From: a virus
Taxonomy: Duplodnaviria; Heunggongvirae; Uroviricota; Caudoviricetes
Strand: one strand, 5' to 3'
Virus record (IMG/VR): IMGVR_UViG_3300020581_000009
Location: 22,611 to 86,610 of that record
Length of the DNA: 64,000 nt
Positions 54,304 through 63,769 of this stretch are shown piece by piece. Numbering within the stretch: position 1 is the first letter of the stretch; every line of letters starts with the position of its first letter. Below the pieces are notes generated by a model that ran no database searches, was not told the DNA's origin, and worked only from the letters and a program-made list of their open reading frames with translations. Both the position numbers and the translations under genes were made by a program.

Positions 54304-54789
54304 ATGACGATGGCCGATACCCCAACACAACTCCGCAACATCCGCGATAAAATTCGCAGCGGACGATTTGGGCAACGGTCGATATGGGAGAATCAACTTG
54401 AAGGCGCTGCGGCCGAGATCGAGAAGCTGCGGGCGGCGCTCAAGCCGTTCGCGGATGCAGCGGTCGGCCTAACGGATGATGACGAGGACGACGAGGAAAT
54501 ATGGGAGCGTCCGGTCGGCATGGACATTCTCATTGGCGATCTGCGTCGGGCGGCGACGGCTCTTGAGCAGAAGGCGGGCGATCCCGATGAAGGGCTACCG
54601 ACAGCCAACGATGTGCGCGGCATCTTGGCCACCGAGCAGAAGGCGGCCCCGAGCGCCGTTTCGACCGGCTATTGCCCCCGCTGGCCGGGATGCGGTTGCG
54701 GGACGCAAAGCGGGCCACATACCTGTGAGTGGGAACACGAGCAGAGCAGTCCGATGCCCGGTCGTGGGCAAACTGAGGGTAAGCCATGA
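54304..54789 (+). CDS. hypothetical coiled-coil protein (module A copy 2)
   Basis: AAAEIEKLRAAL; ends ...QTEGKP. Confidence 0.4.
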   Translation: MTMADTPTQLRNIRDKIRSGRFGQRSIWENQLEGAAAEIEKLRAALKPFADAAVGLTDDDEDDEEIWERPVGMDILIGDLRRAATALEQKAGDPDEGLPTANDVRGILATEQKAAPSAVSTGYCPRWPGCGCGTQSGPHTCEWEHEQSSPMPGRGQTEGKP

Positions 54790-55220
54790 CCACATATTTT
54801 TGCGACGGATGCGATGCAACGTGCGATCCGGAGAAAGACCCGCATTGTTTTCATCGGGCCGGGGATTGCGATGTTACCCTCTGCGAGAACTGCCGCGAAG
54901 CGGCCTACGATCGCCAGCAGGGACGGCTCATGGAAAATGGACCTGGGCCGAGCCTGCGGGATCAGCAGATCTCGGCAATGAAGTTCAAAGTGACAAGGTC
55001 TCAAGAGACCTGCGAGCAAGTAATGTCCGACCAATTCGTTATCCACCGGCTGCGATCGAAGCCCGTCGAATATACGGTTCGCATCCGTCACTTTGTGGTG
55101 GACGGAGAATGGACAATCGGCGTCCTGGTTCTGGACATCGTAGAGGACGACGAGCAAAAATTAAGGGTTGCTGCCGATCTTCGTCGGGCGGCCGATATTC
55201 TTGATGGGCAACAGACATGA
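54786..55220 (+). CDS. Cys-rich protein (module B copy 2, extended)
   Basis: CDGCDATCDPEKDPHCFHRAGDCDVTLCENC. Confidence 0.45.
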   Translation: MTTYFCDGCDATCDPEKDPHCFHRAGDCDVTLCENCREAAYDRQQGRLMENGPGPSLRDQQISAMKFKVTRSQETCEQVMSDQFVIHRLRSKPVEYTVRIRHFVVDGEWTIGVLVLDIVEDDEQKLRVAADLRRAADILDGQQT

Positions 55221-55372
55221 GCAATACCGCAAGGACGAGATTGGCCGTTATGCTTCTCTACATCTCGGCATGGTGCGCCGCTATGGGGGTCGGGCATAAC
55301 GAGGTCGCTCTCGGCATCGCGATCGGTCTCGGCATCAACTCATTGACCTATTTCATGCTCGCAGGTGCCTAA
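55217..55372 (+). CDS. small two-TM membrane protein (holin-like, 51 aa)
   Basis: ATGA overlap; below ORF-track cutoff. Confidence 0.35.
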   Translation: MSNTARTRLAVMLLYISAWCAAMGVGHNEVALGIAIGLGINSLTYFMLAGA

Positions 55373-55422
55373 ACTCCGAGTAAAACGAAACAGACCTCAC
55401 GGTTTCCCGCAGGTGCCATATG

Positions 55423-55998
55423 TCAACTTTTCTCTTGGGATGGTTCTATCTCAAAGTTTATTTCTGGCATCTGGACGCATATCGGCCAGAACTCTTGTAG
55501 TGGATTACATGCGTAGCAGGCAACGCTCGAATATTTCGCCGGCCCAGTAATATTCTCAGGCAAAGGAACTGTACGCTCTACCTTGTCGTTTCGTTGCTGA
55601 TCCGGCGTACCGTAAATAGCGTTTACCGGATCATAGGCGTGTCGAACCCCTTTGGAATCGACAATCGTGCGCGTGACCTTTGCCCTCGATGACGGCCGGC
55701 AGGATCTCTCAGTCTTTATATCCCACGTCACCATTATGGACCCATTGACCACTGGATTCGGCGGGTCTATATGGCCAGAAATAACGGCGAATGGAGGCTC
55801 GCGGTCAAGAAGCATCCATAGTGCCGGACCAAACAAAATAACCGATACAAATGCCGCAACCATAGATGTCCTTGGTTCAGATATCATTTTATGATATCCT
55901 TCAGGCCCCAGAGGTATTTTATACCGGCGACCGCCGCTGCGACCGATGCTAGCCACTTCGCCCAAATTCCCGTTTTCAGCCAAAATTTTGTTGCCCAT
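55423..55998 (-). CDS. membrane-anchored hypothetical protein
   Basis: internal TM MVAAFVSVILFGPALWMLL. Confidence 0.4.
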   Translation of the reverse strand: MGNKILAENGNLGEVASIGRSGGRRYKIPLGPEGYHKMISEPRTSMVAAFVSVILFGPALWMLLDREPPFAVISGHIDPPNPVVNGSIMVTWDIKTERSCRPSSRAKVTRTIVDSKGVRHAYDPVNAIYGTPDQQRNDKVERTVPLPENITGPAKYSSVACYACNPLQEFWPICVQMPEINFEIEPSQEKS

Positions 55999-56102
55999 TC
56001 ATGGGCCTCCAACATATTGAGTAGTCGCCGTTCTTCGTCAGGAGTCATGGGTAATACGACGCGCATGTGAAATAATAGCAACAGTATGTCCAATAGCTGC
56101 AA
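55884..56102 (-). CDS. small membrane protein
   Basis: hydrophobic N- and C-termini. Confidence 0.3.
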   Translation of the reverse strand: MQLLDILLLLFHMRVVLPMTPDEERRLLNMLEAHEWATKFWLKTGIWAKWLASVAAAVAGIKYLWGLKDIIK

Positions 56103-56463
56103 GTACGCTGTATATCTGGTCGGCAGCTATGAAGGCGTGAGGTCTTAACACGCCATCAGCGAACTGTCCGAGCCACATTGATTCTATGGCGCCGGCCCCA
56201 GACATCATCAGTAGAGCCTGCTGCGGCAGTAGAAAAAGCAACATCCACGGCAAAGCTGTGAAAAGGCCAATCCAAGCCATCACGGCAGCGCCAATAATGA
56301 CTGCGATTAGTACCGGCAACAAATTAATGTATACATGCAGAGCATTGATCGCGTTCACATTTAGGGCGGAATCATCCGTCATTAGAATCAATGCCCACGA
56401 CATATGCAGGGCAATTGCAAACAGAACCATTATTGAGATGGGGCGGTTGTGGAATGTTACCAT
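56038..56463 (-). CDS. multi-pass membrane protein
   Basis: about 4 hydrophobic segments. Confidence 0.4.
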   Translation of the reverse strand: MVTFHNRPISIMVLFAIALHMSWALILMTDDSALNVNAINALHVYINLLPVLIAVIIGAAVMAWIGLFTALPWMLLFLLPQQALLMMSGAGAIESMWLGQFADGVLRPHAFIAADQIYSVLAAIGHTVAIISHARRITHDS

Positions 56464-56615
56464 TGTCTTTTCTTAGGGGTAAACACTCGATGGCTGATCG
56501 CGCTCCCATGCTGGCTTTCGTTTCACTGTCATTTGCGACAACTCCACTCCAGCCGAGAACGCGGCAAGAAAACTCAGGAAGGCGATAACATAGGTCGGGT
56601 CTAGGTCTTCTGGTC

Positions 56616-56849
56616 TCACCTATGAGGCAGAAGCGATACGCCGCCGCCAAAACTCATGAGACATGAGATCAGCATGAAGCAGAAGATGATTACCAGGATC
56701 GCCACTACCGCCCATAGGGCTATGTTTAGAGCACCGGTTACGACTGCAAATCCACCGCCGGTAGCTGGCCATCCGAGGGATGCAAAGACATACGGAATTA
56801 GGAGCCGAAGAATTCCGATTACGGCGAACACGATCACCGCGAGAATCAA
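56616..56849 (-). CDS. small multi-TM membrane protein
   Basis: almost entirely hydrophobic. Confidence 0.35.
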   Translation of the reverse strand: MILAVIVFAVIGILRLLIPYVFASLGWPATGGGFAVVTGALNIALWAVVAILVIIFCFMLISCLMSFGGGVSLLPHR

Positions 56850-56896
56850 AACATGCTCAATTCCAGTCTAATGGAAAGCACATTGGCGTTTCCCCT

Positions 56897-57166
56897 TTAT
56901 TGGTTGTCGCACCGACGAACGATACGAACTGTGTCAGGCCCATTACGGTGATGTGTCACAATTTCAACGTCGCGGCAACGGTCGTCATCGCGGCGGTCAT
57001 TGTAGTAATCACGCTCGTGTGCTCTGTTTTCCTGAGGGCCAACACGAAACTTCAGGCCATTCGGACCAGCACCAACGTCGATCTGAGCCACAGCCGGTGC
57101 TGCGAGCAGCATGAGAGCAAAACAGGTCAAAGCGAAGTGTTTCATTGTGGTTTCCTTTAGAAACAT
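56897..57166 (-). CDS. secreted small protein
   Basis: signal peptide MKHFALTCFALMLLAAPAVAQ. Confidence 0.45.
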   Translation of the reverse strand: MFLKETTMKHFALTCFALMLLAAPAVAQIDVGAGPNGLKFRVGPQENRAHERDYYNDRRDDDRCRDVEIVTHHRNGPDTVRIVRRCDNQ

Positions 57167-57171
57167 GGTTA

Positions 57172-57375
57172 TTATTCCCTAGTTGAACCCTTGCTTGACT
57201 TCAGATCTGCCTCCGGAAACGGAAGTATTAGCCCGGTCGTCAAAAGATTAACTCGCCAAACTCCGTCTTCCTCGCCGGGGCCGATAATTGCCCCGAGTAT
57301 CTGTTTCGGTCTTGCATCTGGACTGCGCAGGGTTACCTCGACAAGATCGTGTGCTCTGAATTTTCCTGACATCAA
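57172..57375 (-). CDS. hypothetical protein
   Basis: ORF. Confidence 0.3.
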   Translation of the reverse strand: MMSGKFRAHDLVEVTLRSPDARPKQILGAIIGPGEEDGVWRVNLLTTGLILPFPEADLKSSKGSTRE

Positions 57376-57890
57376 TGCGTTGTCTTTCGATCAGACAGGA
57401 CAGCACGAAGCTCGGTTATCTTACCCTCAGTTGATTTTATCGCAGCTAGGGTATCTAATGAAGGTTCACGGCCCGCTGCCTTATTAAGTATAACAACCTC
57501 CCGCATCATAGCAAGTTCCCGTACCACTGCATCGAACTCAGATTTCATGGCGGTAGTCATGTTGCTATTAACGAGAGTATGGATCAAATCAAGTTTTGTA
57601 TTGGTAACCTGTGCTGTCTCGACGGCAACCTTAGCAGCATCTGCTACGCGGTCATTGGCATCAAGGAGCTTTCTAGCGACGGTTGCTGCTTCGGAGGCAG
57701 TCACCTTCTGTCGCTCTAAAAGAAGCTTTGCGGCCTCCTCCGCTTTAGCGGCTACAGCATCCTGCCGGGCATAGTCCTCCAGTTTTTCCGCGCGCCGGCT
57801 GCGGTTATTTAGAATCGACAGGACCAGAGGAGATATCACACTGGAAACAGCAACTATTAGTGCGATCTCAACTCCGCTATCGATCGGCAT
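57372..57890 (-). CDS. membrane-anchored coiled-coil protein (possible spanin or tape-measure-like)
   Basis: N-terminal TM IALIVAVSSVISPLVLSIL then Ala/Lys-rich coiled coil. Confidence 0.4.
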   Translation of the reverse strand: MPIDSGVEIALIVAVSSVISPLVLSILNNRSRRAEKLEDYARQDAVAAKAEEAAKLLLERQKVTASEAATVARKLLDANDRVADAAKVAVETAQVTNTKLDLIHTLVNSNMTTAMKSEFDAVVRELAMMREVVILNKAAGREPSLDTLAAIKSTEGKITELRAVLSDRKTTH

Positions 57891-57892
57891 AT

Positions 57893-58135
57893 CTAGGTCG
57901 TAGTGGACCCGTCATCCGGCGGGAGAGGCTCTTGAATCTGAGCCGCCGCCGCGTCTACTGCTGCCTCCAATGCGTCAAGCTGAGCCTGCGTGATGGTTGC
58001 ACCCTTGGTGAGGTTATTAACTATAGCGGTAGCGATCGGGGTCAGGCTGGTTACCCCAGCCTCAACGGACGGTGCGAGCTTAACGACGACGCCAAGGATA
58101 CCCTCAATGGCCTGGATGATTGCAAGTGGGTTCAT
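57893..58135 (-). CDS. hypothetical protein
   Basis: internal Met MNPLAII gives ATGA overlap with lipoprotein gene. Confidence 0.3.
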   Translation of the reverse strand: MNPLAIIQAIEGILGVVVKLAPSVEAGVTSLTPIATAIVNNLTKGATITQAQLDALEAAVDAAAAQIQEPLPPDDGSTTT

Positions 58136-58509
58136 GGAGAAGTCCTCTGGGTTGCGCTTACGGCAAACTGGAAATCTGCGAGAGCTTGCTGCGCGGCTAA
58201 GAGTGCCGTCGCGTTGTTGAGCGTCGGGTTGTTCTTGGTGAAGTTCCGCAACGCGACCACAGCAGCCTGCGCCTTCGCACCTGTCTGCTGAATCTGAACG
58301 TCGATACTGCGCCGGCCACAAGGACTGGAGAGTGTTGACACCGTACCAGTCCTGCACAGCGGAAGCGCCATGTAGACTATGGCGATGTTCTCCGCAGCTA
58401 GGTAGCCGGCCTCAATATCGTATTGAGTGGTCAAACTGACCGGGTTGTTGAAGGTCGCGCAGCCAGCAAGGGCGAGCGCAAACAGGATAGAGACAAAGAT
58501 TTTGTGCAT
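58132..58509 (-). CDS. lipoprotein (possible outer-membrane spanin)
   Basis: signal peptide with lipobox LALAGC. Confidence 0.5.
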   Translation of the reverse strand: MHKIFVSILFALALAGCATFNNPVSLTTQYDIEAGYLAAENIAIVYMALPLCRTGTVSTLSSPCGRRSIDVQIQQTGAKAQAAVVALRNFTKNNPTLNNATALLAAQQALADFQFAVSATQRTSP

Positions 58510-58523
58510 AGCAGGTTCCTTTG

Positions 58524-58892
58524 TTATGATTTGGCGATGACAGAAGCTGAGGTCGTGCCGGCAGGTGCGACAACGGATAGGTCATTCATGGAATGCGCTA
58601 GGTCGCGGCCCGCAACGCTGTCGGTCGTCACGATTCCGGCCACCGGAGATGTGGGATCCTTGGCGATCTCCTTAACCACGGCGATAGCGTTTGACTGCTT
58701 ATGAACCACTAACCCAACGATTCCACTGACAACTGAAACCGCAATTGACATAAATGCTTGACTATTCAATATACCGAGTACCTGATCCGCCGTAATGAAC
58801 CCGCTGTGGGCAAACCATCCGGCAGCAAGGGCGCCAAAAGTCGTTACAACCCATCGAATTGCAGACTTGATTTGTTCTGGATTCGGGTTCAT
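58524..58892 (-). CDS. membrane protein (holin-like)
   Basis: two TM segments. Confidence 0.4.
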   Translation of the reverse strand: MNPNPEQIKSAIRWVVTTFGALAAGWFAHSGFITADQVLGILNSQAFMSIAVSVVSGIVGLVVHKQSNAIAVVKEIAKDPTSPVAGIVTTDSVAGRDLAHSMNDLSVVAPAGTTSASVIAKS

Positions 58893-59137
58893 TTGATTCC
58901 TTTCGCCAATTCAAGGCACTCCGGACTGAATTTATGCGCCGCTACACAGGCGCGAATGGCAGACCCGACAAGCGGCACTGAGCCGCAGACCGCAAGATAG
59001 GCCGCAATGCAGTCAAGCTGCGTTTGTGCCGGCGGAGGACGGTTTTTCTCCGCAGCATTAGCGCTGTATATCCACAAGAAAGCTAGTGGAATCAACCGTA
59101 TATTTTGATAGAGTTGTGGCATATCTACCCCATGCAA
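58889..59137 (-). CDS. small membrane or secreted protein
   Basis: IRLIPLAFLWIYSANAA signal-like. Confidence 0.3.
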   Translation of the reverse strand: MHGVDMPQLYQNIRLIPLAFLWIYSANAAEKNRPPPAQTQLDCIAAYLAVCGSVPLVGSAIRACVAAHKFSPECLELAKGIK

Positions 59138-59353
59138 TCAATGGTGATGGTACGGTTGGTATACCTGCTCGGTGGTGAGCGTGGTCTCAGCGGCGGTGGC
59201 GCGGCCAAGCCAGAAGATGCCGACTAGGAACGCGACCACGAGCGCGACCGCTGCGATGAACAGCCCGAACACAATGTTCGCGATCCCATCGCACTCTCCG
59301 GGGGCGGCACGCATCACGCAACCACCGGAACCGGAATGGCGGGGAGAGCCCAC
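59138..59353 (-). CDS. small membrane protein
   Basis: IANIVFGLFIAAVALVVAFLVGIFWLG. Confidence 0.35.
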   Translation of the reverse strand: MGSPRHSGSGGCVMRAAPGECDGIANIVFGLFIAAVALVVAFLVGIFWLGRATAAETTLTTEQVYQPYHHH

Positions 59354-59985
59354 TGACTCCGCAATTCCTCGGCAGTCCCGTCGAATACGGAGAGGTCAGC
59401 ATCTGGTTCAAGGCCGTCTAGCGTGTGTGGCTCTGGTCCAATGCCATCTCCCGTACATTGCCAGAGGAACGGTTTGGCCCACGGCAGCGTCTGATGGTTG
59501 GCGTCCACGTTGCGCCAGCGAGGCCCGTACTCGCAGCCCCAGAGGGGGTGCTTGGCAAGGAAATCACGCTGGATGGAGGTGGCACGAGTTATCAGCGTTT
59601 TGATGACATCGCCACTGTAGAGCCCACAGTACCGCCCCGTGGCCTGATCGGCCCTGTCCAGCCACTCGGCCGTCATGTTTAGGGTCATCTGTCCGGTTCC
59701 GGAGGGATTTCGCTCCAGATCGAGATAGCCTGCCTCATCTGATTCGAGGTTGGCCCAGTCAAGGAAACGCTTGACCTGGACAGCAGGGGGTTCTCCCGTA
59801 TTGAAGGCATATGCTGCGGTCAATAGTCCATTATTCCGCGCAAGCTCCCTGCGGCTCGGATAGAGCGCGTCGTCCTTCTCATTGCTGCGAGTTGCCCGGA
59901 GGATGACGCCCACACACCCTGATTTGCCGAGCTTGACGAAATTTACGGGGTTCTGTGAACCGAAGTCTGCGACATAAACAGTCAT
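59314..59985 (-). CDS. GH25-family lysozyme (endolysin)
   Basis: VYVADFGSQNPVNFVKLGKSGCVGVILRATRSNEKDDALY...LTAAYAFNTGE pattern of glycoside hydrolase family 25. Confidence 0.65.
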   Translation of the reverse strand: MTVYVADFGSQNPVNFVKLGKSGCVGVILRATRSNEKDDALYPSRRELARNNGLLTAAYAFNTGEPPAVQVKRFLDWANLESDEAGYLDLERNPSGTGQMTLNMTAEWLDRADQATGRYCGLYSGDVIKTLITRATSIQRDFLAKHPLWGCEYGPRWRNVDANHQTLPWAKPFLWQCTGDGIGPEPHTLDGLEPDADLSVFDGTAEELRSQWALPAIPVPVVA

Positions 59986-59993
59986 TTTTTCTC

Positions 59994-60419
59994 CTAATAC
60001 ATTGGAATTGGTACAAGACAGAAAACAGTCCTATGATCTCCTACGGAGATAAACACTACAAGCCTTCCAGTGGGGTTGCCATAGTGCGTTTGTATCTTTT
60101 CACGAGGCGCTTTAACCTCAGTCCCGTCTGGAATTATAGTCTTTCCATCATCAATGACAACTGATATATTCCCAAGCACATCTTCGCCAACAATTCGACC
60201 CTCAAAGGCATCTGTAGATCCACAACAACTATGACCTGAATCATGCATTTCCTCAAACCCAGGCTGCATGACGGTGGGGAACCATTTATGGACTTCCGGC
60301 GGATAGTTTCCCCAGAATTGCGGATCGCCAGCGCGTGCACACGCGACCCACGCCACGACAAGGAAAAATATCCCCCACAAGAGAACGCCGAATGCTCCCT
60401 GCACTGCTTCTCGGAAGTC
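59994..60419 (-). CDS. membrane-anchored hypothetical protein
   Basis: internal Met of long ORF; TM GAFGVLLWGIFFLVVAWVA. Confidence 0.35.
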   Translation of the reverse strand, partial: DFREAVQGAFGVLLWGIFFLVVAWVACARAGDPQFWGNYPPEVHKWFPTVMQPGFEEMHDSGHSCCGSTDAFEGRIVGEDVLGNISVVIDDGKTIIPDGTEVKAPREKIQTHYGNPTGRLVVFISVGDHRTVFCLVPIPMY

Positions 60420-60421
60420 TA

Positions 60422-60820
60422 TCATCCATGCCCTCCGCGCGGATTCCTGATCGAATACCCCGCCAGCGAAACCTCGTGAACGCGGGTCATTCCGTGCCCA
60501 CTGTTCGCGTCGTAGGCTATCACCCGACCATTCCCAAGAACTGCACGGATTACAAAAACGTGATGCGATCTGACAGCGACCATGCCGGGACCAGCCGCCG
60601 CCCGAGGAAACCGAAACCACGCTGCCGCCGGCCACAGATCGCGGACGCTGTGCCCGAATACCTCGACACTCGCACCGCAACCGCAAAAGGCCGATCTCGG
60701 GCAACCGCTGGGATGAGGTAACTGTGTGGCCGATGAGGCTACGGAGTAATGGCGGTGTGGATGCGCTTGTGCCCCGGTCGATAAAAACAATGCCATGATA
60801 CAGAATACGAATGCCTTCAT
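60422..60820 (-). CDS. secreted Cys/His-containing protein (possible peptidase)
   Basis: signal peptide MKAFVFCIMALFLSTGAQA. Confidence 0.4.
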   Translation of the reverse strand: MKAFVFCIMALFLSTGAQAHPHRHYSVASSATQLPHPSGCPRSAFCGCGASVEVFGHSVRDLWPAAAWFRFPRAAAGPGMVAVRSHHVFVIRAVLGNGRVIAYDANSGHGMTRVHEVSLAGYSIRNPRGGHG

Positions 60821-61551
60821 CCCAACCCCTCCGATGTGTCTCCCAGCTTGCCGGCGGCGAACCGACGACAGTATGCTTCAGATTGTATCGGACTTTTGAC
60901 CCCCGCGCAAGCCGGACCACCATACCTTGCCTCGATAAAATGACGGCAAAGCTCACATTTCTGCCCCTTATGTGTTGATTTTTCCTCGTATTTCACCGAT
61001 TCGTGAGTGCGTTTTTCCTTCTGAGCCGTCTCGTTTACGCGCTCGATTATCTTCGTGCTGCGGGGCGGCGCTAGTAGTGGACGCTGGTCGAGATCGGTCG
61101 GTGAACGAATGATTCGCTCTAAGGAATCTTTTTTTATGAACGGACGAAAGGCGGACTCCACCTCTTTCGGGTCAAAGCCCTTAGACTTGTATAGGCGCTC
61201 TTCCCAATGCTGCGCCGTGAAATGAGCCAGCGGCAGATACGGCCACCCGAACACATCTTCAAGGATAACTTCTAGACGTTCGTGTCGAATAAGGCCCGGC
61301 TTCACATCAAGTCGTTTATACTTGACCGGGATAACGCCGTAAGGCCAATTCTTGAACCGTAAATGCCTGTCCAGGTAAACGGTCCATCCACCGATAGAAC
61401 TAGAGCCGAGGAGAGCAATATCGTAGTCGCAATTAAGCTTAAAGCTTCGCGCTAGGCGTTTTTTGACTCTCGGATCGGCAAGCGCATGATCCAGAAGTGA
61501 ATCTAACTCGGCCTGCGATAAGTCGCCGTTCGCTTGATGTCCCGCTGACAC
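60817..61551 (-). CDS. hypothetical protein
   Basis: 244 aa, ATGA overlap. Confidence 0.45.
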   Translation of the reverse strand: MSAGHQANGDLSQAELDSLLDHALADPRVKKRLARSFKLNCDYDIALLGSSSIGGWTVYLDRHLRFKNWPYGVIPVKYKRLDVKPGLIRHERLEVILEDVFGWPYLPLAHFTAQHWEERLYKSKGFDPKEVESAFRPFIKKDSLERIIRSPTDLDQRPLLAPPRSTKIIERVNETAQKEKRTHESVKYEEKSTHKGQKCELCRHFIEARYGGPACAGVKSPIQSEAYCRRFAAGKLGDTSEGLG

Positions 61552-61552
61552 C

Positions 61553-63769
61553 TTATGCGGCTTCCTTGTATCTCACTGGCTTTTTAGTTTCATTACTCGC
61601 CAGCCATTCTTTGAATTTATCCATACTCATTTCCTGGACATGGCCGAATCTATCACCAGCTTTGCCGTCTGAGAACGCTTCGTGAAAGGCGTTGATGGCT
61701 GCGAACTTGGATGGAAAAAACAACATCGCCTTGTGTTCATCGAATTTATTTGTGCCGGCGTGCAACTGGTCAATCACGTATACGTGCGGCGATTTTACGT
61801 GCGGCCCGAGGTAGCAGTCTATGTGGTCCAGATCAGCGCCGGTGGTCCCGCGTATGTATCCGTAGTGAGCACTGAGCTTTGATTTCCACGGCTTGCCATC
61901 TTTGTCAACGCCCCGCCTATAGGAGCCCTTGGCATTCTCAACCGAGATACGGAGCCCTTGGGCGCTGATATGATCCTTCGCATATGCCCCGCTTTCCTTC
62001 TGCGCCTCGCTCGGATTATGGTTGATATTCGCCGCCTCCACCCTGCCGCCGGCCGCAAATCCAGCGCGCTCCCGCATCTGCTTGCGCACCTCCTTTAATG
62101 TAGCCTCCTTCATGACGGGGTCGTTCTTGAAGTTCTCGCTAACGGCAGCCTCTGCCATGCGAGAGCCGTAGCCTTGGTCCTTTCTGGATGGGCGGTTCTT
62201 CATCTCGCCTTTATAGGCAGCATCGAACAAATCATCCGATGTTTTAAAGCCGAGTCCGTTGATAGCATTGCGTATGCGACGGAACACGTTCATCATGCGA
62301 TCGAAGAATCTGCGAATACCGGCAGAAAGTCCGTCAGCACTTGCTCGGTCCTTGCCGTATGCCGCAAAGGCCTGCGCCCGAATCTCATAGTCTGCGATCT
62401 TCTCAACTCTCTCCGGACTGATATTCCAGTCCTTAGCGACTATATCTCTGAGTCTGGGCTCCTCCGCCTTCATCAGCGCCATTTCCATTGGCGTTGCGAA
62501 GTGGTCCTCGATTCCGTGCCATGCTTCGTGGAAGACCGATTGAAGCTTGTCCGGATAACTAGGGTCTGCCATCGCTATTTCGATGACATCTCGCATGGGA
62601 GCGTAGACGCCACCTGAAGTGGATTTGAGTCCTTCTTCGCCTCCCCACCCTGCGGAGATTCCTGGGATTGTGTCCTTGAACACGACTTTTACAGCATTCC
62701 CGACAATATGTCTGACTATCTGCTCAAGTTGTCCATGGCTTACGATGCTGGACATTTCTTCGGTGGTTGGCTTGCTTCTGCCAAGGGCGATATTCTCTAT
62801 GGCCTGTGGAGGAAGCGGCTTGCCAACCAAATCCATAAGATCGGATTGTTTTGATTCGTCCCCGAACATGCCGATGTCGAGTGGCTTTTGGGCCACAGTC
62901 GGCTTTAGTGGCTGGTCGGCGGCGCGCTGGGCCTGTTCGCCCTGACCGATCTTCTCAGCGCCTGGAATTACGGCTTGTGTCCCAGCGGGAGTTGATTCTG
63001 TGGTTAGCGCTTTTTCCGCTGCCGGGCCACCTTCGCTAGGGCTCGGCCGGTTCGCGCTCCCGCCAAGAGGACTTTCTTGCGGTCTGGATCCTTCTCCTTG
63101 TTCGCCCGCGCTAGCAATTTGTGCGCTAGTTTGGCGTGTGTCTCCGCGCTCAGTTTCATTGTGGTAGTCCTGTGCTAGATAGGCCTTTTCGAGAGCGTCT
63201 ATGGGGTCCTTTTCTTCGCCGCTGGCGAGCAATTCTGCCGCGTCGTAGAGTGACTTTGTGTCAATTTGGTCTCGACCAACCCCCTCTTTCGCATGAGCGT
63301 CCAGAATTTCCTTAGCCGCCGACTCAATGCCAGAGGCCTGTCCATCTTCCGGCTTGACTGGAATACGATGGCGGTCGTTTTCACTATAGAATCTCTCTCC
63401 ACCTAAGCCTTTTATCGCAGAAACGTCCTGATGTAGGGCGTCATCGAGTTCGGCGCGAATATCCCGACTTGAGTACCCGTCCGGATCATATGGGAGGTAG
63501 CCATTCTCAATAAGCTTATTACGCCAGTAGCCGTCGATCGAGAGGCCTGATTTCCTCGCGAGTGGACCGCCACCGGGCACGAAGACCTTATCATAGTCGC
63601 GGCCTTTTGTCTCGCCTGTCAGTTCCAGACCGCCGTTACGGGCGATAAACTGGGAGATCGAGAGGGGGTTTTTGGCTTGCCACGGCTTTCTGGGGGCGGG
63701 GAGGCCGTCCGGGGTGGCCGTGGGTAGCTCTGGTGCCACCTCTGCCGGCAGTGAGGGGGACGGCTCCAC
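61553..63769 (-). CDS. large (738 aa) hypothetical protein with HExxH zincin-like motif
   Basis: VFHEAWHGIEDH; Pro/Glu/Ser-rich N-terminal third. Confidence 0.5.
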   Translation of the reverse strand: MEPSPSLPAEVAPELPTATPDGLPAPRKPWQAKNPLSISQFIARNGGLELTGETKGRDYDKVFVPGGGPLARKSGLSIDGYWRNKLIENGYLPYDPDGYSSRDIRAELDDALHQDVSAIKGLGGERFYSENDRHRIPVKPEDGQASGIESAAKEILDAHAKEGVGRDQIDTKSLYDAAELLASGEEKDPIDALEKAYLAQDYHNETERGDTRQTSAQIASAGEQGEGSRPQESPLGGSANRPSPSEGGPAAEKALTTESTPAGTQAVIPGAEKIGQGEQAQRAADQPLKPTVAQKPLDIGMFGDESKQSDLMDLVGKPLPPQAIENIALGRSKPTTEEMSSIVSHGQLEQIVRHIVGNAVKVVFKDTIPGISAGWGGEEGLKSTSGGVYAPMRDVIEIAMADPSYPDKLQSVFHEAWHGIEDHFATPMEMALMKAEEPRLRDIVAKDWNISPERVEKIADYEIRAQAFAAYGKDRASADGLSAGIRRFFDRMMNVFRRIRNAINGLGFKTSDDLFDAAYKGEMKNRPSRKDQGYGSRMAEAAVSENFKNDPVMKEATLKEVRKQMRERAGFAAGGRVEAANINHNPSEAQKESGAYAKDHISAQGLRISVENAKGSYRRGVDKDGKPWKSKLSAHYGYIRGTTGADLDHIDCYLGPHVKSPHVYVIDQLHAGTNKFDEHKAMLFFPSKFAAINAFHEAFSDGKAGDRFGHVQEMSMDKFKEWLASNETKKPVRYKEAA

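Noticed and set aside
59994-60956. 320-aa ORF
   Set aside because: It overlaps the well-supported signal-peptide gene 60422-60820 on the same strand in another frame. Only its 3' part from the internal Met (59994-60419) was kept.
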